Positions 13,425 to 26,053 of a stretch of DNA of 64,000 bases are shown piece by piece. Where the stretch lies: positions 15,791,881-15,855,880 of the forward strand of contig NC_092678.1 in assembly GCF_964355755.1 (NCBI RefSeq). The letters are read 5' to 3'. Numbering within the stretch: position 1 is the first letter of the stretch; the number at the start of each line of letters is the position of its first letter. Under the pieces are notes generated by a model. That model saw nothing but the letters and a program-made list of their open reading frames with translations, searched no databases and had not been told where the DNA came from. A program made the translations under genes and the position numbers. The DNA is from Antedon mediterranea. Its lineage: Eukaryota > Animalia > Echinodermata.

Positions 13425-13825
13425 TTGGTTATCCGCACTTGGCGGATAACCCCTTGTTATTGTCAGGATCTTTTTTTTTTTTTTTTTTTTTTTCTATGTT
13501 ATTAGTTATCCGCTTAGTAGCGGATAACTCCTTGTAATCGTCCTGGATCTTTTTTTTTTTTCTTTATTAGTTATCCGCTTAGTAGCGGATAACTCCTTGT
13601 AACTGTATGAAATCATCTTTTTTTTCTGTATTATTGGTTATCCGCACTTGGCGGATAACCCCTTGTTATTGTAAGGATCTTTTTTTTTTTCTATCTTATT
13701 AGTTATCCGCTTAGTAGCGGATAACTCCTTGTAACTGTATGAAATCATCTTTTTTTTTTTTTTTTTTTTTTTAGTTATCCGCTTAGTAGCGGATAACTCC
13801 TCGTAACTGTATGAAATCATCTTTT
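13425..13825 (+). repeat. Stack of six 5' heads (loops ACTTG, TTAGTA, TTAGTA, ACTTG, TTAGTA, TTAGTA)
   Basis: Palindromes start at ~13425, 13502, 13567, 13634, 13699 and 13771, each followed by a T tract. Confidence 0.9.
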
Positions 13826-14948
13826 TCTGTATTATTCTTTCTTTCTGTCAATTTTGTGTCTCGCGTATCTCAAAAACTTGTAAACAAAACATTTTATAAC
13901 TTTGTCAACATGTGGGCATTCACGTGAAATTGTGCACCTCCTATTGTGAATGACGTCAGAATTGCGCAACGTGATTTACGCGCATTTTAATGAATTTCGC
14001 GTATTTAACATAGATCGAAAACCATATAGCAATTAAATTAGAGCACGATTCAGGTCATTTTAAGCGTTTAAAAAATTGCCACTGGTGCGCACATTTTTAC
14101 GCGCGCACGGCGCAGGGAACACGTATGAGCATTTCTTTTACACGAGTTGTGTTTTTAAATCTTCGGTTAACAATTTAACGTTATTTTATTCACTTTTCAA
14201 CTTGAAATGGCGTTCTACGAGCACGTTAAACATGACAGGTTGCGCACAAAAACGTCAACAAATTGTGAAAATGTTCCAAAATATGTATACTTTTAAAAAT
14301 GAAACAGTTCATCAGAATGCAAGGTTACCCTCATTTTTTATTTTAATTTCTTGCAGTGTATTAATCATAGCTCTGATTTATTATAGTCTTGAATGTTAAA
14401 AAGTGTTTGATGGCTACATTATTTGCATATTAAATGTAATTTTTGAAATAATTATCATCAAACAAACATAAACATATTCAAAGAGTAAAACAATAAACAT
14501 AACGTTTATTTTTTTTCTTTACATGTTAATATATAAAACTTGAAAGTATGCACTTTCATAATATGTCACTGTTTAAAATTTGTGAAGATTTCATCATAGT
14601 AAAAATTATGATTTAAGTTGATTATGTAATAATCAACTTGCATCGAGTGGGTTCACGACATACCAAATGAACGAGGACTCTTTCTTCGGATTTTCTTCAG
14701 CAGGTGCTCATATGGCTGGATGTGTAGTGCACCCGACTTTGGTATCAGAGGTACCGGGTTCGAATCCCATAATGGGAAAACAATTAATTAAAAGGATTTA
14801 TTTGGTTATTACACTGAAAGGGCAGTTTTAATTTTGAATAGGCTACTATTTGGAAAAATCACAACTGAAAAGTACTTGAATGCGCAAGATACGTTTTGTT
14901 GCTGGCGGATAACCAAACTCGTCCTCAAGTGACGAGTTTAAGTTCTAG
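13771..14948 (+). mobile_element. Chimeric HINE (TTAGTA-type 5' part fused at ~14035 to a CTCAA-type 3' part)
   Basis: The 5' part matches the 19697 body and the 3' part matches 15650-16565; CTAG end at 14945-14948. Confidence 0.8.
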
Positions 14949-16565
14949 TTGGTTATCCGCCTCAAGCGGATAACCTTTGTTATTGTAGTGTTACTTTTTT
15001 TTTTTATTATTCTTCTTTCTTTCTCCGATTTTGTGTACGCGTTTTCTCTTGAACGTGTTAACATAACATTTTGTAACTTGGTCAACATATAGACAATTAA
15101 CTGAAGATGTACTGCGAAGCTTTTTGACAATGTCAGATCCGCGTAGCGTAAGTTACGCGCGATTTTCTGAAAATCTTAAATCGGTCATAACTTCGAAACC
15201 GATAAATATTTTTTAACGAAATTTTCAGCCCCGTTTTCTTCACATCAATGGCTAACTTTTTCGCTCTTCAGCAAATTTTTGAACACTAGAAAGTCTGCGC
15301 GTAAACTGCGTTTGAAATTTTAAAATGCTCCTAATTTGTGCACGCTGTTTCTCTGTAACGCGTTAACATAACATTTTGTAACTTGTTCAACATATAGACA
15401 TTTTACTGAAGTTGTCCAGCCAAGCTTTTTGACGATGTCAGAGCCGCGTAGCGTAAGTTACGCGTGATTTTCTGAAAATCTTAAATTGGTTATAACTTCG
15501 AAACAAATGAATATTTTTAACGTCATTTTCAGCCACGTTTGCTTCACATCAATAGTTAACTTTTTTAACGCTATCACAATTTGTAACATTAGAAAGTGCG
15601 CGCGTAAATGGCGTTTGAAATTTTAAAATGCTTCAAATCAATTTCTGATTAAATTAGAGCACGATTCAGGTCATTTTAAGCGTTTAAAAAATTGCCACTG
15701 GTGCGCACATTTTTACGCGCGCACGGCGCAGGGAACAGGTATGAGCATTTCTTTTACACGATTTGTGTTTTTAAATCTTCGGTTAACAATTTTACGTTAT
15801 TTTATTCACTTTTCAACTTGAAATGGCGTTCTACGAGCACGTTAAACATGACAGGTTGCGCACGAAAACGTCAACAAATTGTGAAAATGTTCCAAAATAT
15901 GTCTACTTTTAAAAATGAAACAGTTCATCAGAATGCAAGGTTACCCCCATTTTTTATTTAAATTTCTTGCAGTGTATGAATCATAGGTCTGATTTATTAT
16001 AGTGTTGAATGCTAAAACGTGTTTGATGGCTACATTATTTGCATATTAAATATAATTTTTGAAATATTTATCATCAAACAAACATAAACTTATTCAAAGA
16101 GCAAAACAATAAACATAACATTTATCTTTTTTCTTTACATGTTAATATATAAAACTTGAAAGTATGTACTTTCATAAAATATCAGCGTTTAAAATTTTTG
16201 AAGATTTCATCATAGTAAAATTTATGATTTAAGTTTGATATGTAATAATCAACTTGCATCGAGGGGGTTCACGACATACCGAATGAACGAGGACTCTTTC
16301 TTCGGATTTTCGTCAGCAGGTGGTCATATGGCTCGATGTGTAATGCAACCGACTTTGGTATCAGAGGTACCGGGTTCGAGTCCCGTCACGGGAAAACAAT
16401 TAATTAAAAGGGTTTAGTTGGTTATTACACTGAGAGGGCAGTTTTAATTTTGAATAGCCTACTTTTTTGGAAAAGTCATAACTTGGAAGTACTTGAATAC
16501 GCAAGATACGCTTTGTTGCTGGCGGATAACCAAACTCGTCCTCAAGTGACGAGTTTAAGTTCTAG
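14949..16565 (+). mobile_element. Complete HINE, CTCAA-loop subfamily (D)
   Basis: Head GGTTATCCGCCTCAAGCGGATAACC, ~304 bp internal duplication (15030/15334), tRNA-like segment, 3' hairpin and CTAG. Confidence 0.88.
16321..16393 (+). promoter_or_regulatory. tRNA-derived segment with Pol III A/B-box-like motifs inside D-type HINEs (also ~14703-14776 and ~17881-17953; minus strand ~33895-33968 and ~38177-38250)
   Basis: TGGCTCGATGTG (A-box-like) ... GACTTTGGTATCAGAGGTACCGGGTTCGAGTCCCG (T-arm/B-box). No intact acceptor stem. Confidence 0.6.
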
Positions 16566-18126
16566 TTATTCTTCTTTCTTTCTCAGATTTTGTGTACGCG
16601 TTTTCTCTTGAACGTGTTAACATAACATTTTGTAACTTGGTCAACATATAGACAATTAACTGAAGATGTACTGCGAAGCTTTTTGACAATGTCAGATCCG
16701 CCTAGCGTAAGTTACGCGCGATTTTCTGAAAATCTTAAATCGGTCATAACTTTGAAACCGATAAATATTTTTTAACGAAATTTTCAGCCACGTTTTCTTC
16801 ACATCAATGGCTAACTTTTTCGCTCTTCAGCAAATTTTTGAACACTAGAAAATCTGCGCGTAAACTGCGTTTGAAAGTTTAAAATGCTCCTAATTTGTGC
16901 ACGCTGTTTCTCTGTAACGCGTTAACATAACATTTTGTAACTTGTTCAACATATAGACATTTTACTGAAGTTGTCCAGCCAAGCTTTTTGACGATGTCAG
17001 AGCCGCGTAGCGTAAGTTACGCGTGATTTTCTGAAAATCTTAAATTGGTTATAACTTCGAAACAAATGAATATTTTTTAACGTCATTTTCAGCCACGTTT
17101 GCTTCACATCAATAGTTAACTTTTTTAACGCTATCGCAATTTGTAACATTAGAAAGTGCGCGCGTAAATGGCGTTTGAAATTTTAAAATGCTTCAAATCA
17201 ATTTCTGATTAAATTAGAGCACGATTCAGGTCATTTTAAGCGTTTAAAAAATTGCCACTGGTGCGCACATTTTTACGCGCGCACGGCGCAGGGAACAGGT
17301 ATGAGCATTTCTTTTACACGATTTGTGTTTTTAAATCTTCGGTTAACAATTTTACGTTATTTTATTCACTTTTCAACTTGAAATGGCGTTCTACGAGCAC
17401 GTTAAACATGACAGGTTGCGCACGAAAACGTCAACAAATTGTGAAAATGTTCCAAAATATGTCTACTTTTAAAAATGAAACAGTTCATCAGAATGCAAGG
17501 TTACCCCCATTTTTTATTTTAATTTCTTGCAGTGTATGAATCATAGGTCTGATTTATTATAGTGTTGAATGCTAAAACGTGTTTGATGGCTACATTATTT
17601 GCATATTAAATATAATTTTTGAAATATTTATCATCAAACAAACATAAACTTATTCAAAGAGCAAAACAATAAACATAACATTTATCTTTTTTCTTTACAT
17701 GTTAATATATAAAACTTGAAAGTATGTACTTTCATAAAATATCAGCGTTTAAAATTTTTGAAGATTTCATCATAGTAAAATTTATGATTTAAGTTTGATA
17801 TGTAATAATCAACTTGCATCGAGGGGGTTCATGACATACCGAATGAACGAGGACTCTTTCTTCGGATTTTCGTCAGCAGGTGGTCATATGGATCGATGTG
17901 TAATGCAACCGACTTTGGTATCAGAGGTACCGGGTTTGAGTCCCGTCACGGGAAAACAATTAATTAAAAGGGTTTAGTTGGTTATTACACTGAGAGGGCA
18001 GTTTTAATTTTGAATAGCCTACTTTTTTTGGAAAAGTCATAACTTTGAAGTACTTGAATACGCAAGATACGCTTTGTTGCTGGCGGATAACCAAACTCGT
18101 CTTCAAGTGACGAGTTTAAGTTCTAG
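16566..18126 (+). mobile_element. Headless D-type HINE body, near-identical tandem duplicate of the previous body (period ~1560 bp)
   Basis: ORF-track twins at 15692/17252 and 16235/17795; same 3' end. Confidence 0.88.
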
Positions 18127-19696
18127 TTAGTTATCCGCATTCAGCGGATAACTCCTTGTAACTGTCCTGTTACTTTTTTTTTTTTTTCTTTCTTTCTCCC
18201 TCATTTTTGTGGCTCGCGTATCTCAAAAACGTGTAAACATAACATGTTATAACTTTGTCAGCATGAGGGCATTCAGGTGAAGTTGTGCACCTCCTATTTT
18301 TGAATGACGTCAGAGTTGCGCAACATGACTTACGCGCGTTTTTACGAATTTTGCATTTTTAACATAGATTGAAAACCATATAGCAATTTAAATTGAAACT
18401 TAACGAAAGTTTAATTGATTTCTTGCGCTAACAGAATGTGAAAAAAAAATGGCATGTTTCACAGGAAGTTAAAATTTCAAAATGCGAAAAATCAATTTCT
18501 AATCAACTTTCTACGCGTTTCATGTCATTTTGAGCATGTAAAAAATTCCCACGTACGCGCATTTTTTTACGCATGCGGTGCGCACGTAGCGTTGAAAACC
18601 ATTTTTTTCGCGTAATTTATGTTTTTCCAGCCTTTTCTAGTAATTTTACCAACTTTTGAACAATTTCGACTTAAAATTACGTCATACGGGCACGTCGAAT
18701 TGGATAATTTACGTGCATTTTTGATGAAAAAGTTAAAAAAGTCGTCAAAATTTGTCAAAATTATGCCCTTTTTTAAACAGTTATAGTTCCTAAAATAAAC
18801 GGTGAAAGTTATTTTTTTTGCATATTCTGAAAGTTGATGAGTTGTAAATTTTGAATCATGCATTAATATGGCTAACCGGACATTGTGACGTCACCGTATG
18901 CCCACGCGAATATAAAATATAGGATTTTTGTATCTTTCATCATAGCGCATGACATTTAATAGAGCGCATCTCCAATTATCTGTTTTCCATTTTTACCCCG
19001 ATTTTTATATTATCTAGCTCAATCAACTATCTTTCGTATGAGTTAAAAATATTTTAATATTTATGACGTCATCATGTCTAAAAATGTAAATAACGTGGGT
19101 CACTTATTTTCGTCCTTACAGTAAATTTCAATCTGTTATAGCTCGTCAGAATAAAACGTGATAATCATGATTAAAACGTTTTCTGGAAGCTATTGAATTG
19201 TAGATACGAATTCATGTAAACATTTTGCCAATCGGATGTTGTGACGTCATCATATGGCCAGTTGAATAAAAAAAGGCGTATTTTCATATTTTGCGTAATA
19301 GTTCATCACATTTAAAAGGGCCCGCATCTATATTTTACGTATTCAAATTTCTTCTACACGTTAATATGTGGTTGCTGAGATAATGTCCTTCCGAAATTGC
19401 TAACTTAGTGTTTCATTTTGATACCGTCGCCATGTTAAAAATAAGAATAAATGGGGGGTCTCGTAATTTCACCTATTCTACACTGTATGTAACATGTATA
19501 CAGAGTATACCGTTTGCACTGTATATACTATATGACACAAAATAGACTGAATTCAGCACTAACAACGTATGATATTCTTCAGTTCAGGTCATAATGCCAT
19601 AATCTTTATCTGTGTGCAGTATTCCAACGTATGACGTGCACGTGGCGTTTGTCGTGCGGATAACTAACTCGTCAAAGTGACGAGTTTCATGTCTAG
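18127..19696 (+). mobile_element. Complete HINE, ATTCA-loop head
   Basis: TTAGTTATCCGCATTCAGCGGATAAC head; 3' GCGGATAACTAACTCGTCAAAGTGACGAGT..CTAG. Confidence 0.88.
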
Positions 19697-22096
19697 TTTT
19701 TTTTCTGTATTATTCTTTCTTTCTGTCAATTTTGTGTCTCGCGTAACTCAAAAACGTGTAAACATAACATTTTATAACTTTGTCAACATGTGGGCATTTA
19801 CGTGAAATAGTGCACCTCCTATTGTGAATGACGACAGAGTTGCGCAACATGACTTACGCGCGTTTTTACAAATTTCGCGTATTTAATATAGATCGAAAAT
19901 CATATAACAATTTAAATTGAAACTTAAAGCCCCATTCCCTACGTTTTTTAGATCTAATTTAAGATCACAAACTATATTTAATGTAAAAATAATACTATAT
20001 GGTCCTATTGCGATAACTTTTTTCGTCTTTAAACGGTTAAAAATGTGAAAAATAAATCGATTTTAATAATTATAGCGGCCCGCTATAAATCCCAAAATGC
20101 ATTGCGCGTGGATTGATATTGTTGTTTTTCACCTGTAATTCGCCCACTTTTCGATCGATCGTGAAGCCAAAACAAATGGAAGACTCCTAACTTTTCAGCG
20201 AAAATACCGGGTTTTCCCCAATTTGTATCAACGGAGTCTGGCAAAAATAGAAAGACAATTAATGCAGCAACTATACAACGTCAGGCTAGGTATATAGCTA
20301 GCGTACGATGTTCGTACGTTACCGATGTTTACCAGCTAGGCCTACAAAACTAAGCCTGGCTAGGCTAGGCCTGAGACCGTCCACGAGAGGTCGATCGCCG
20401 CGAGCTACTTAGGTAGTGCATTGTTTCTCACTTTTTATCATAATTTACCATAAAACGTACATTTAAGACAAGGAATGACATGGTTTAATGTTTTTAAAGT
20501 GATATATATGTATTATTTTCCAAAAAACGTCCAAAATTGCAGGGAAGGGGTCTTTAACAAAAGTTTAATTTATATCTTGCGCTAACTGACTGTGGGGAAA
20601 AAATGGCATGTTTCACACGAAGTTACGCGCGCATGCGCGTTTAAAATTTCAAATTGAGAAAAATCAATTTCAACAGTCATTTTGAGCATGTCAAAAATTC
20701 CCACGCGTGCGCATTTTTTTACGCGTGCGGTGCACACGTAGGGTTGAAAACAATTTTTTTTTCCGTGATTTATGTTTTTCCACCCTTTTTTAGTAATTTT
20801 ACCAATTTCTAAACATTTTCGACTTAAAATCACGTCATACGGGCACGTCGAATTGCGCAACGTGACTTACGCGCGATTTAACGATTTTGTCGTATTTAAC
20901 ATAGCTCGACAACCAAATAACATTTCAACTTGAAACTTTGCAAAAGTTTAATTTATATCATGCGCTAACTTCCTGTTGAAAAAAAATTGCGTGTTTTAAA
21001 CAAAGTTACGCGCGCACGCGCATTTAAAATTTCAAAATGCGCAAAATTAATTTAAAATCAACTTTCTACGCGTTCCATGTTGTTTTAAGCATGTCAACAA
21101 TTCCCACGCTCGCGCACATTTTTACGTGTGCGGTACGCACGTAGCATTGAAAACGTATTTTTTTCGCGTGATTTATATTTTTCCAGCCTTTTCTAGTAAT
21201 TTTACCAAATTTTAAACAATTTCGACTTAAAGATACCTCATACGAGCACGTCGAATTGGACAATTTGTGCGCGTTTTTTATGAAAAGGTTAAAAAATTCG
21301 TTTAAAATATGCCTTTTTTTAAACAGTCGTAATTTCTAAACTAGACGGTCAACTTTTTGTGGATGGCATATTCTGGAAGTAAATGAGTTGTAGATATCGG
21401 ATCAGGTATTAATATGGCTAACCGGACATTGTGACGTCATCGTATGGCCACACGAATATAAAATTTAGGATTTTTGTATCTTTCGTCATAGCTCATCACA
21501 TTGAATAGAGCGCATCTCCACTTATCCGTTTTCCATTTTCACCCCGATTTTGATATTGTCTAGGTCAATCAAGTATCTTTCGCATGAGTTAAAAATATTT
21601 TAATTTTTTGACGTCATCATGCCTAAAAATGTAAATCACGTGTGGCATTAATTTCATCTTTACAGTAAATTTTAATCTGTTATAGCTCGTAAGAATAAAA
21701 TGTGATAATCACGATTAAAACTTTTTCTGGAAGCTATTGGATTGTAGATACGAAATTATGAAAAAATGTTGCCAATCGGATGTTGTGACGTCATCATATG
21801 GCCAGTTAAATAAAAAAGGTCGTATCTTCATCTTTTGCGTCATAATTCATTACATTTAAAAGAGCGCGCATCAATATTTCACGTATTCAAATTTCTTCTA
21901 CACGCTAATACGTTGTTGCTGAGATAATTTCATTTCGGAATTGCTACCTTCGCGTTTCATTTTAAAACTGTCAACGTGTTAAAAATTGCAATAAATAGCG
22001 GGTCCCGTAATTTCACCTATTCTATGTATGTCACTGTATGTGATATGGATACAGATTATACGGTGTATACTATATATCAATTTAAATAATAAAATT
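19697..22096 (+). mobile_element. Chimeric HINE body (switches to C-type at 20851-20855), interrupted by a MITE and broken at 22096; it continues at 41517
   Basis: Ends ...AAATAATAAAATT, whereas an intact copy reads AAATAATAAAATTCAGCAATAACAACATATC (50221-50250). Confidence 0.82.
19928..20553. mobile_element. Kolobok-like non-autonomous DNA transposon (MITE), 626 bp
   Basis: TTAA duplicated at 19924-19927 and 20554-20557 (intact copies read AACTTAACGAAAG). Imperfect TIRs AGCCCCATTCCCTAC / GCAGGGAAGGGGTCT. RR...YY ends with a TTAA TSD fit Kolobok better than piggyBac. Confidence 0.8.
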
Positions 22097-22937
22097 AGAC
22101 AATATCAAAATCGGGGTGAAAATGGAAAACGAATAAGTGGAGATGCGCTCTATTCAATGTGATGAGCTATGACGAAAGATACAAAAATCCTAAATTTTAT
22201 ATTCGCGTGGCCATACGATGACGTCACAATGTCCGGTTAGCCATATTAATACCTGATCCGATATCTACAACTCATCTACTTCCAGAATATGTCATCCACA
22301 AAAAGTTGACCGTCTAGTTTAGAAATTACGACTGTTTCAAAAAAGGCATATTTTAAACGAATTTCTTAACCTTTTCATAAAAAACGCGCGCAAATTGTCC
22401 AATTCGACGTGCTCGTATGACGTATCTTTAAGTCGAAATTGTTTAAAATTTGGTAAAATTACTAGAAAAGGCTGGAAAAACATAAATCACGCGAAAAAAA
22501 TACGTTTTCAATGCTACGTGCGCACCGCACACGTAAAAATGTGCGCACGCGTGGTAATTTTTTACATGCTTAAAACGAGATGAAACGCGTAGAAAGTTGA
22601 TTATAAATTATTTTTGCGCATTTTGAAATTTTAAATGCGCGTGCGCGCGTAACTTTGTGTAAAACACGCAATTTTTTTTCAACAGAAATTTAGCGCATGA
22701 TATAAATTAAACTTTTGCAAAGTTTCACTTTAAAATGTTATTTGGTTTTCGACATATGTTAAATACGAGAAAATCGTTAAATCGCGCGTACGTCACGTTG
22801 CGCAATTGTACACATCATGAAAAGCTTCGCTTGACGACGTTACATAAATGTCAAAATGTTAACATAGTTAACAAAATGTTATGTTTGCAAGTTTTAGAGA
22901 AAAGCGTTACACAAAAATCATACAGAAAGAAAGAAGA
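22097..22937 (-). mobile_element. 3'-truncated C-type HINE body (its head is at 41394-41461)
   Basis: The rejoined sequence ATCATCA|TCTTTTTCTTAA|TCTTCTTTCTTTCTG resembles the intact copy at ~48850-48880. Confidence 0.75.
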
Positions 22938-24538
22938 CTAGACATGTAACTCGTCACTTTGACGAGTTTGGTTATCCGCCGCGCAAGTGGTGCAACATTA
23001 ACATTAAGGGGATAGGTTGAGGACAAAAGGAAGTGTTCACGTTGGCATTATGACCTGAACTGAAGAATATGATCTGTTGTTATTGCTGAATTTTATTATT
23101 TAAATTCATATATAGTATACACAGTATAATCTGTATCCATATCACATACAGTGTAGAATAGGTGAAATTACGGGACCCGCTATTTATTGCAATTTTTAAC
23201 ATGTTGATGGTTTTAAAATGAAACGCGAAGTTAGCAATTCCGAAAGCAAATTATCTCAGCAACAACGTATTAGCGTGTAGAAGAAATTTGAATACGTTAA
23301 ATATTGATGCGCGCTCTTTTAAATGTAATGAATTATGACGAAAAAGATGAAAATACGACCATTTTTATTTAACTGGCCATATGATGACGTCACAACATCC
23401 GATTGGCAACATTTTTACATAATTTCATATCTACAATCCAATAGCTTCCAGAAAAAGTTTTAATCGTGATTATCACATTTTATTCTTACGAGCTATAACA
23501 GATTCAAATTTACTGTAAAGATGAAATTGATGCCACACGTGATTTAAATTTTTAGGCATGATGACGTCAAAAAAATTAAAATATTTTTAACTCATGCGAA
23601 AGATAGTTGATTGACCTAGACAATATCAAAATCGGGGTGAAAATGGAAAACGGATAAGTGGAGATGCGCTCTATTCAATGTGATGAGCTATGACGAAAGA
23701 TACAAAAATACTAAATTTTATATTCGCGTGGCCATACGATGACGTCACAATGTCCGGTTAGCCATATTAATACCTGATCCGATATCTACAACTCATCTAC
23801 TTCCAGAATATGTCATCCACAAAAATTTGACCGTCTAGTTTAGAAATTACGACTGTTTAAAAAAAGGCATATTTTAAACGAATTTTTTAACCTTTTCATA
23901 AAAAACGCGCGCAAATTGTCCAATTCGACGTGCTCGTATGACGTATCTTTAAGTCGAAATTGTTTAAAATTTGGTAAAATTACTAGAAAAGGCTGGAAAA
24001 ACATAAATCACGCGAAAAAAATACGTTTTCTATGCTACGTGCGCACCGCACACGTAGAAATGTGCGCACGCGTGGGAATTTTTGACATGCTTAAAACGAC
24101 ATGAAACGCGTAGAAAGTTGATTATAAATTAATTTTGCGCATTTTGAAATTTTAAATGTGCGTGCGCGCGTAACTTTGTGTAAAACACGCAATTTTTTTT
24201 CAACAGAAATTTAGCGCATGATATAAATTAAACTTTTGCAAAGTTTCACTTTAAAATGTTATTTGGTTTTCGACATATGTTAAATACGATAAAATCGTTA
24301 AATCGCGCGTACGTCACGTTGCGCAATTGTAAACATCATGAAAAGCTTCGCTTGACGACGTTACATAAATGTCAAAATGTTAACATAGTTAACAAAATGT
24401 TATGTTTGCGAGTTTTAGAGAAAAGCGTTACACAAAAATCATACAGAAAGAAAGAAGAAGAATAAAAAGTTGATGATGATGATGATGATTTCGTACAATC
24501 ACAAGAGGTTATCCTGCAACTTCGTTGCGGATAACCAA
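22938..24538 (-). mobile_element. Complete C-type HINE (head GGTTATCCGCAAC-GAA-GTTGCAGGATAACC)
   Basis: Head and CTAG end are both present and contiguous. Confidence 0.9.
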
Positions 24539-24550
24539 TTAAGAAAAAGA

Positions 24551-26053
24551 CTAGACATGTAACTCGTCACTTTGACGAGTTTGGTTATCCGCCGCGCAAG
24601 TGGTGCAACATTAACATTAAGGGGAGAGGTTGAGGACAAAAGGAAGTGTTCACGTTGGCATTATGACCTGAACTGAAGAATATGATATGTTGTTATTGCT
24701 GAATTTTATTATTTAAATTCATATATAGTATACACAGTCTAATCTGTATCCATATCACATACAGTGTAGAATAGGTGAAATTACGGGACCCGCTATTTAT
24801 TGCAATTTTTAACATGTTGACGGTTTTAAAATGAAACGCGAAGGTAGCAATTCCGAAAGGAAATTATCTCAGCAACAACGTATTAGCGTGTAGAAGAAAT
24901 TTGAATACGTGAAATATTGATGCGCGCTCTTTTAAATGTAATGAATTATGACGCAAAAGATGAAAATACGACCTTTTTTATTTAACTGGCCATATGATGA
25001 CGTCACAACATCCGATTGGCAACATTTTAACATAATTTCGTATCTACAATCCAATAGCTTCCAGAAAAAGTTTTAATCGTGATTATCACATTTTATTCTT
25101 ACGAGCTATAGCAGATTAAAATTTACTGTAAAGATGAAATTGATGCCACACGTGATTTCAATTTTTAGGCATGATGACGTCATAAAAATTAAAATATTTT
25201 TAACTCATGCGAAAGATAGTTGATTGACCTAGACAATATCACAATCGGGGTGAAAATGGAAAACGGATAAGTGGAGATGCGCTCTATTCAATGTGATGAG
25301 CTATGACGAAAGATACAAAAATCCTAAATTTTATATTCGCGTGGCCATACGATGACGTCACAATGTCCGGTTAGCCATATTAATACCTGATCCGAGATCT
25401 ACAACTCATCTACTTCCAGAATATGCCATCCACAAAAAGTTGACCGTCTAGTTTAGAAATTACGACTGTTTAAAAAAAGGCATATTTTAAACAAATTTTT
25501 TAACCTTTTCATAAAAAACGCGCGCAAATTGTCCAATTCGACGTGCTCGTATGACGTATCTTTAAGTCGAAATTGTTAAAAATTTGGTAAAATTACATGA
25601 AAAGGCTGGAAAAACATAAATCGCGCGAAAAAAATACGTTTTCAATGCTACGTGCGCACCGCACACGTAAAAATGTGCGCACGCGTGGGAATTTTTGACA
25701 TGCTTAAAACGACATGAAACGCATAGAAAGTTGATTATAAATTAGTTTCGCGCATTTTGAAATTTTAAATGCGCGTGCGCGCGTAACTTTGTGTAAAACA
25801 CGCAATTTTTTTTCAACAGAAAGTTAGCGCATGATATAAATTAAACTTTTGCAAAGTTTCAAGTTGAAATGTTATTTGGTTTTCGACATATGTTAAATAC
25901 GAGAAAATCGTTAAATCGCGCGTGCCATTGTAAACATCATGAAAAGCTTCGCTTGACGACGTTACATAAATGTCAAAATGTTAACATAGTTAACAAAATG
26001 TTATGTTTGCAAGTTTCAGAGAAAAGCGTTACACAAAAATCATACAGAAAGAA
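24551..26053 (-). mobile_element. C-type HINE body (head at 29237-29328)
   Basis: The junction rejoins exactly to TATTCTTCTTCT|TTCTTTCTGTAT, as in the intact copy at 24441-24464. Confidence 0.85.

Noticed and set aside
13443-13451. GCGGATAAC resembles part of the lac operator
   Set aside because: The full operator and any vector sequence are absent; the word is the element subTIR
13425-13825. CRISPR-like array of palindromic repeats about every 65-75 bp
   Set aside because: The 'spacers' are conserved T-tracts rather than unique sequences, there are no cas genes, the context is eukaryotic, and the repeats are element heads
16321-16393. Functional tRNA gene
   Set aside because: The acceptor and D stems do not pair convincingly and the copies diverge; kept only as a tRNA-derived segment
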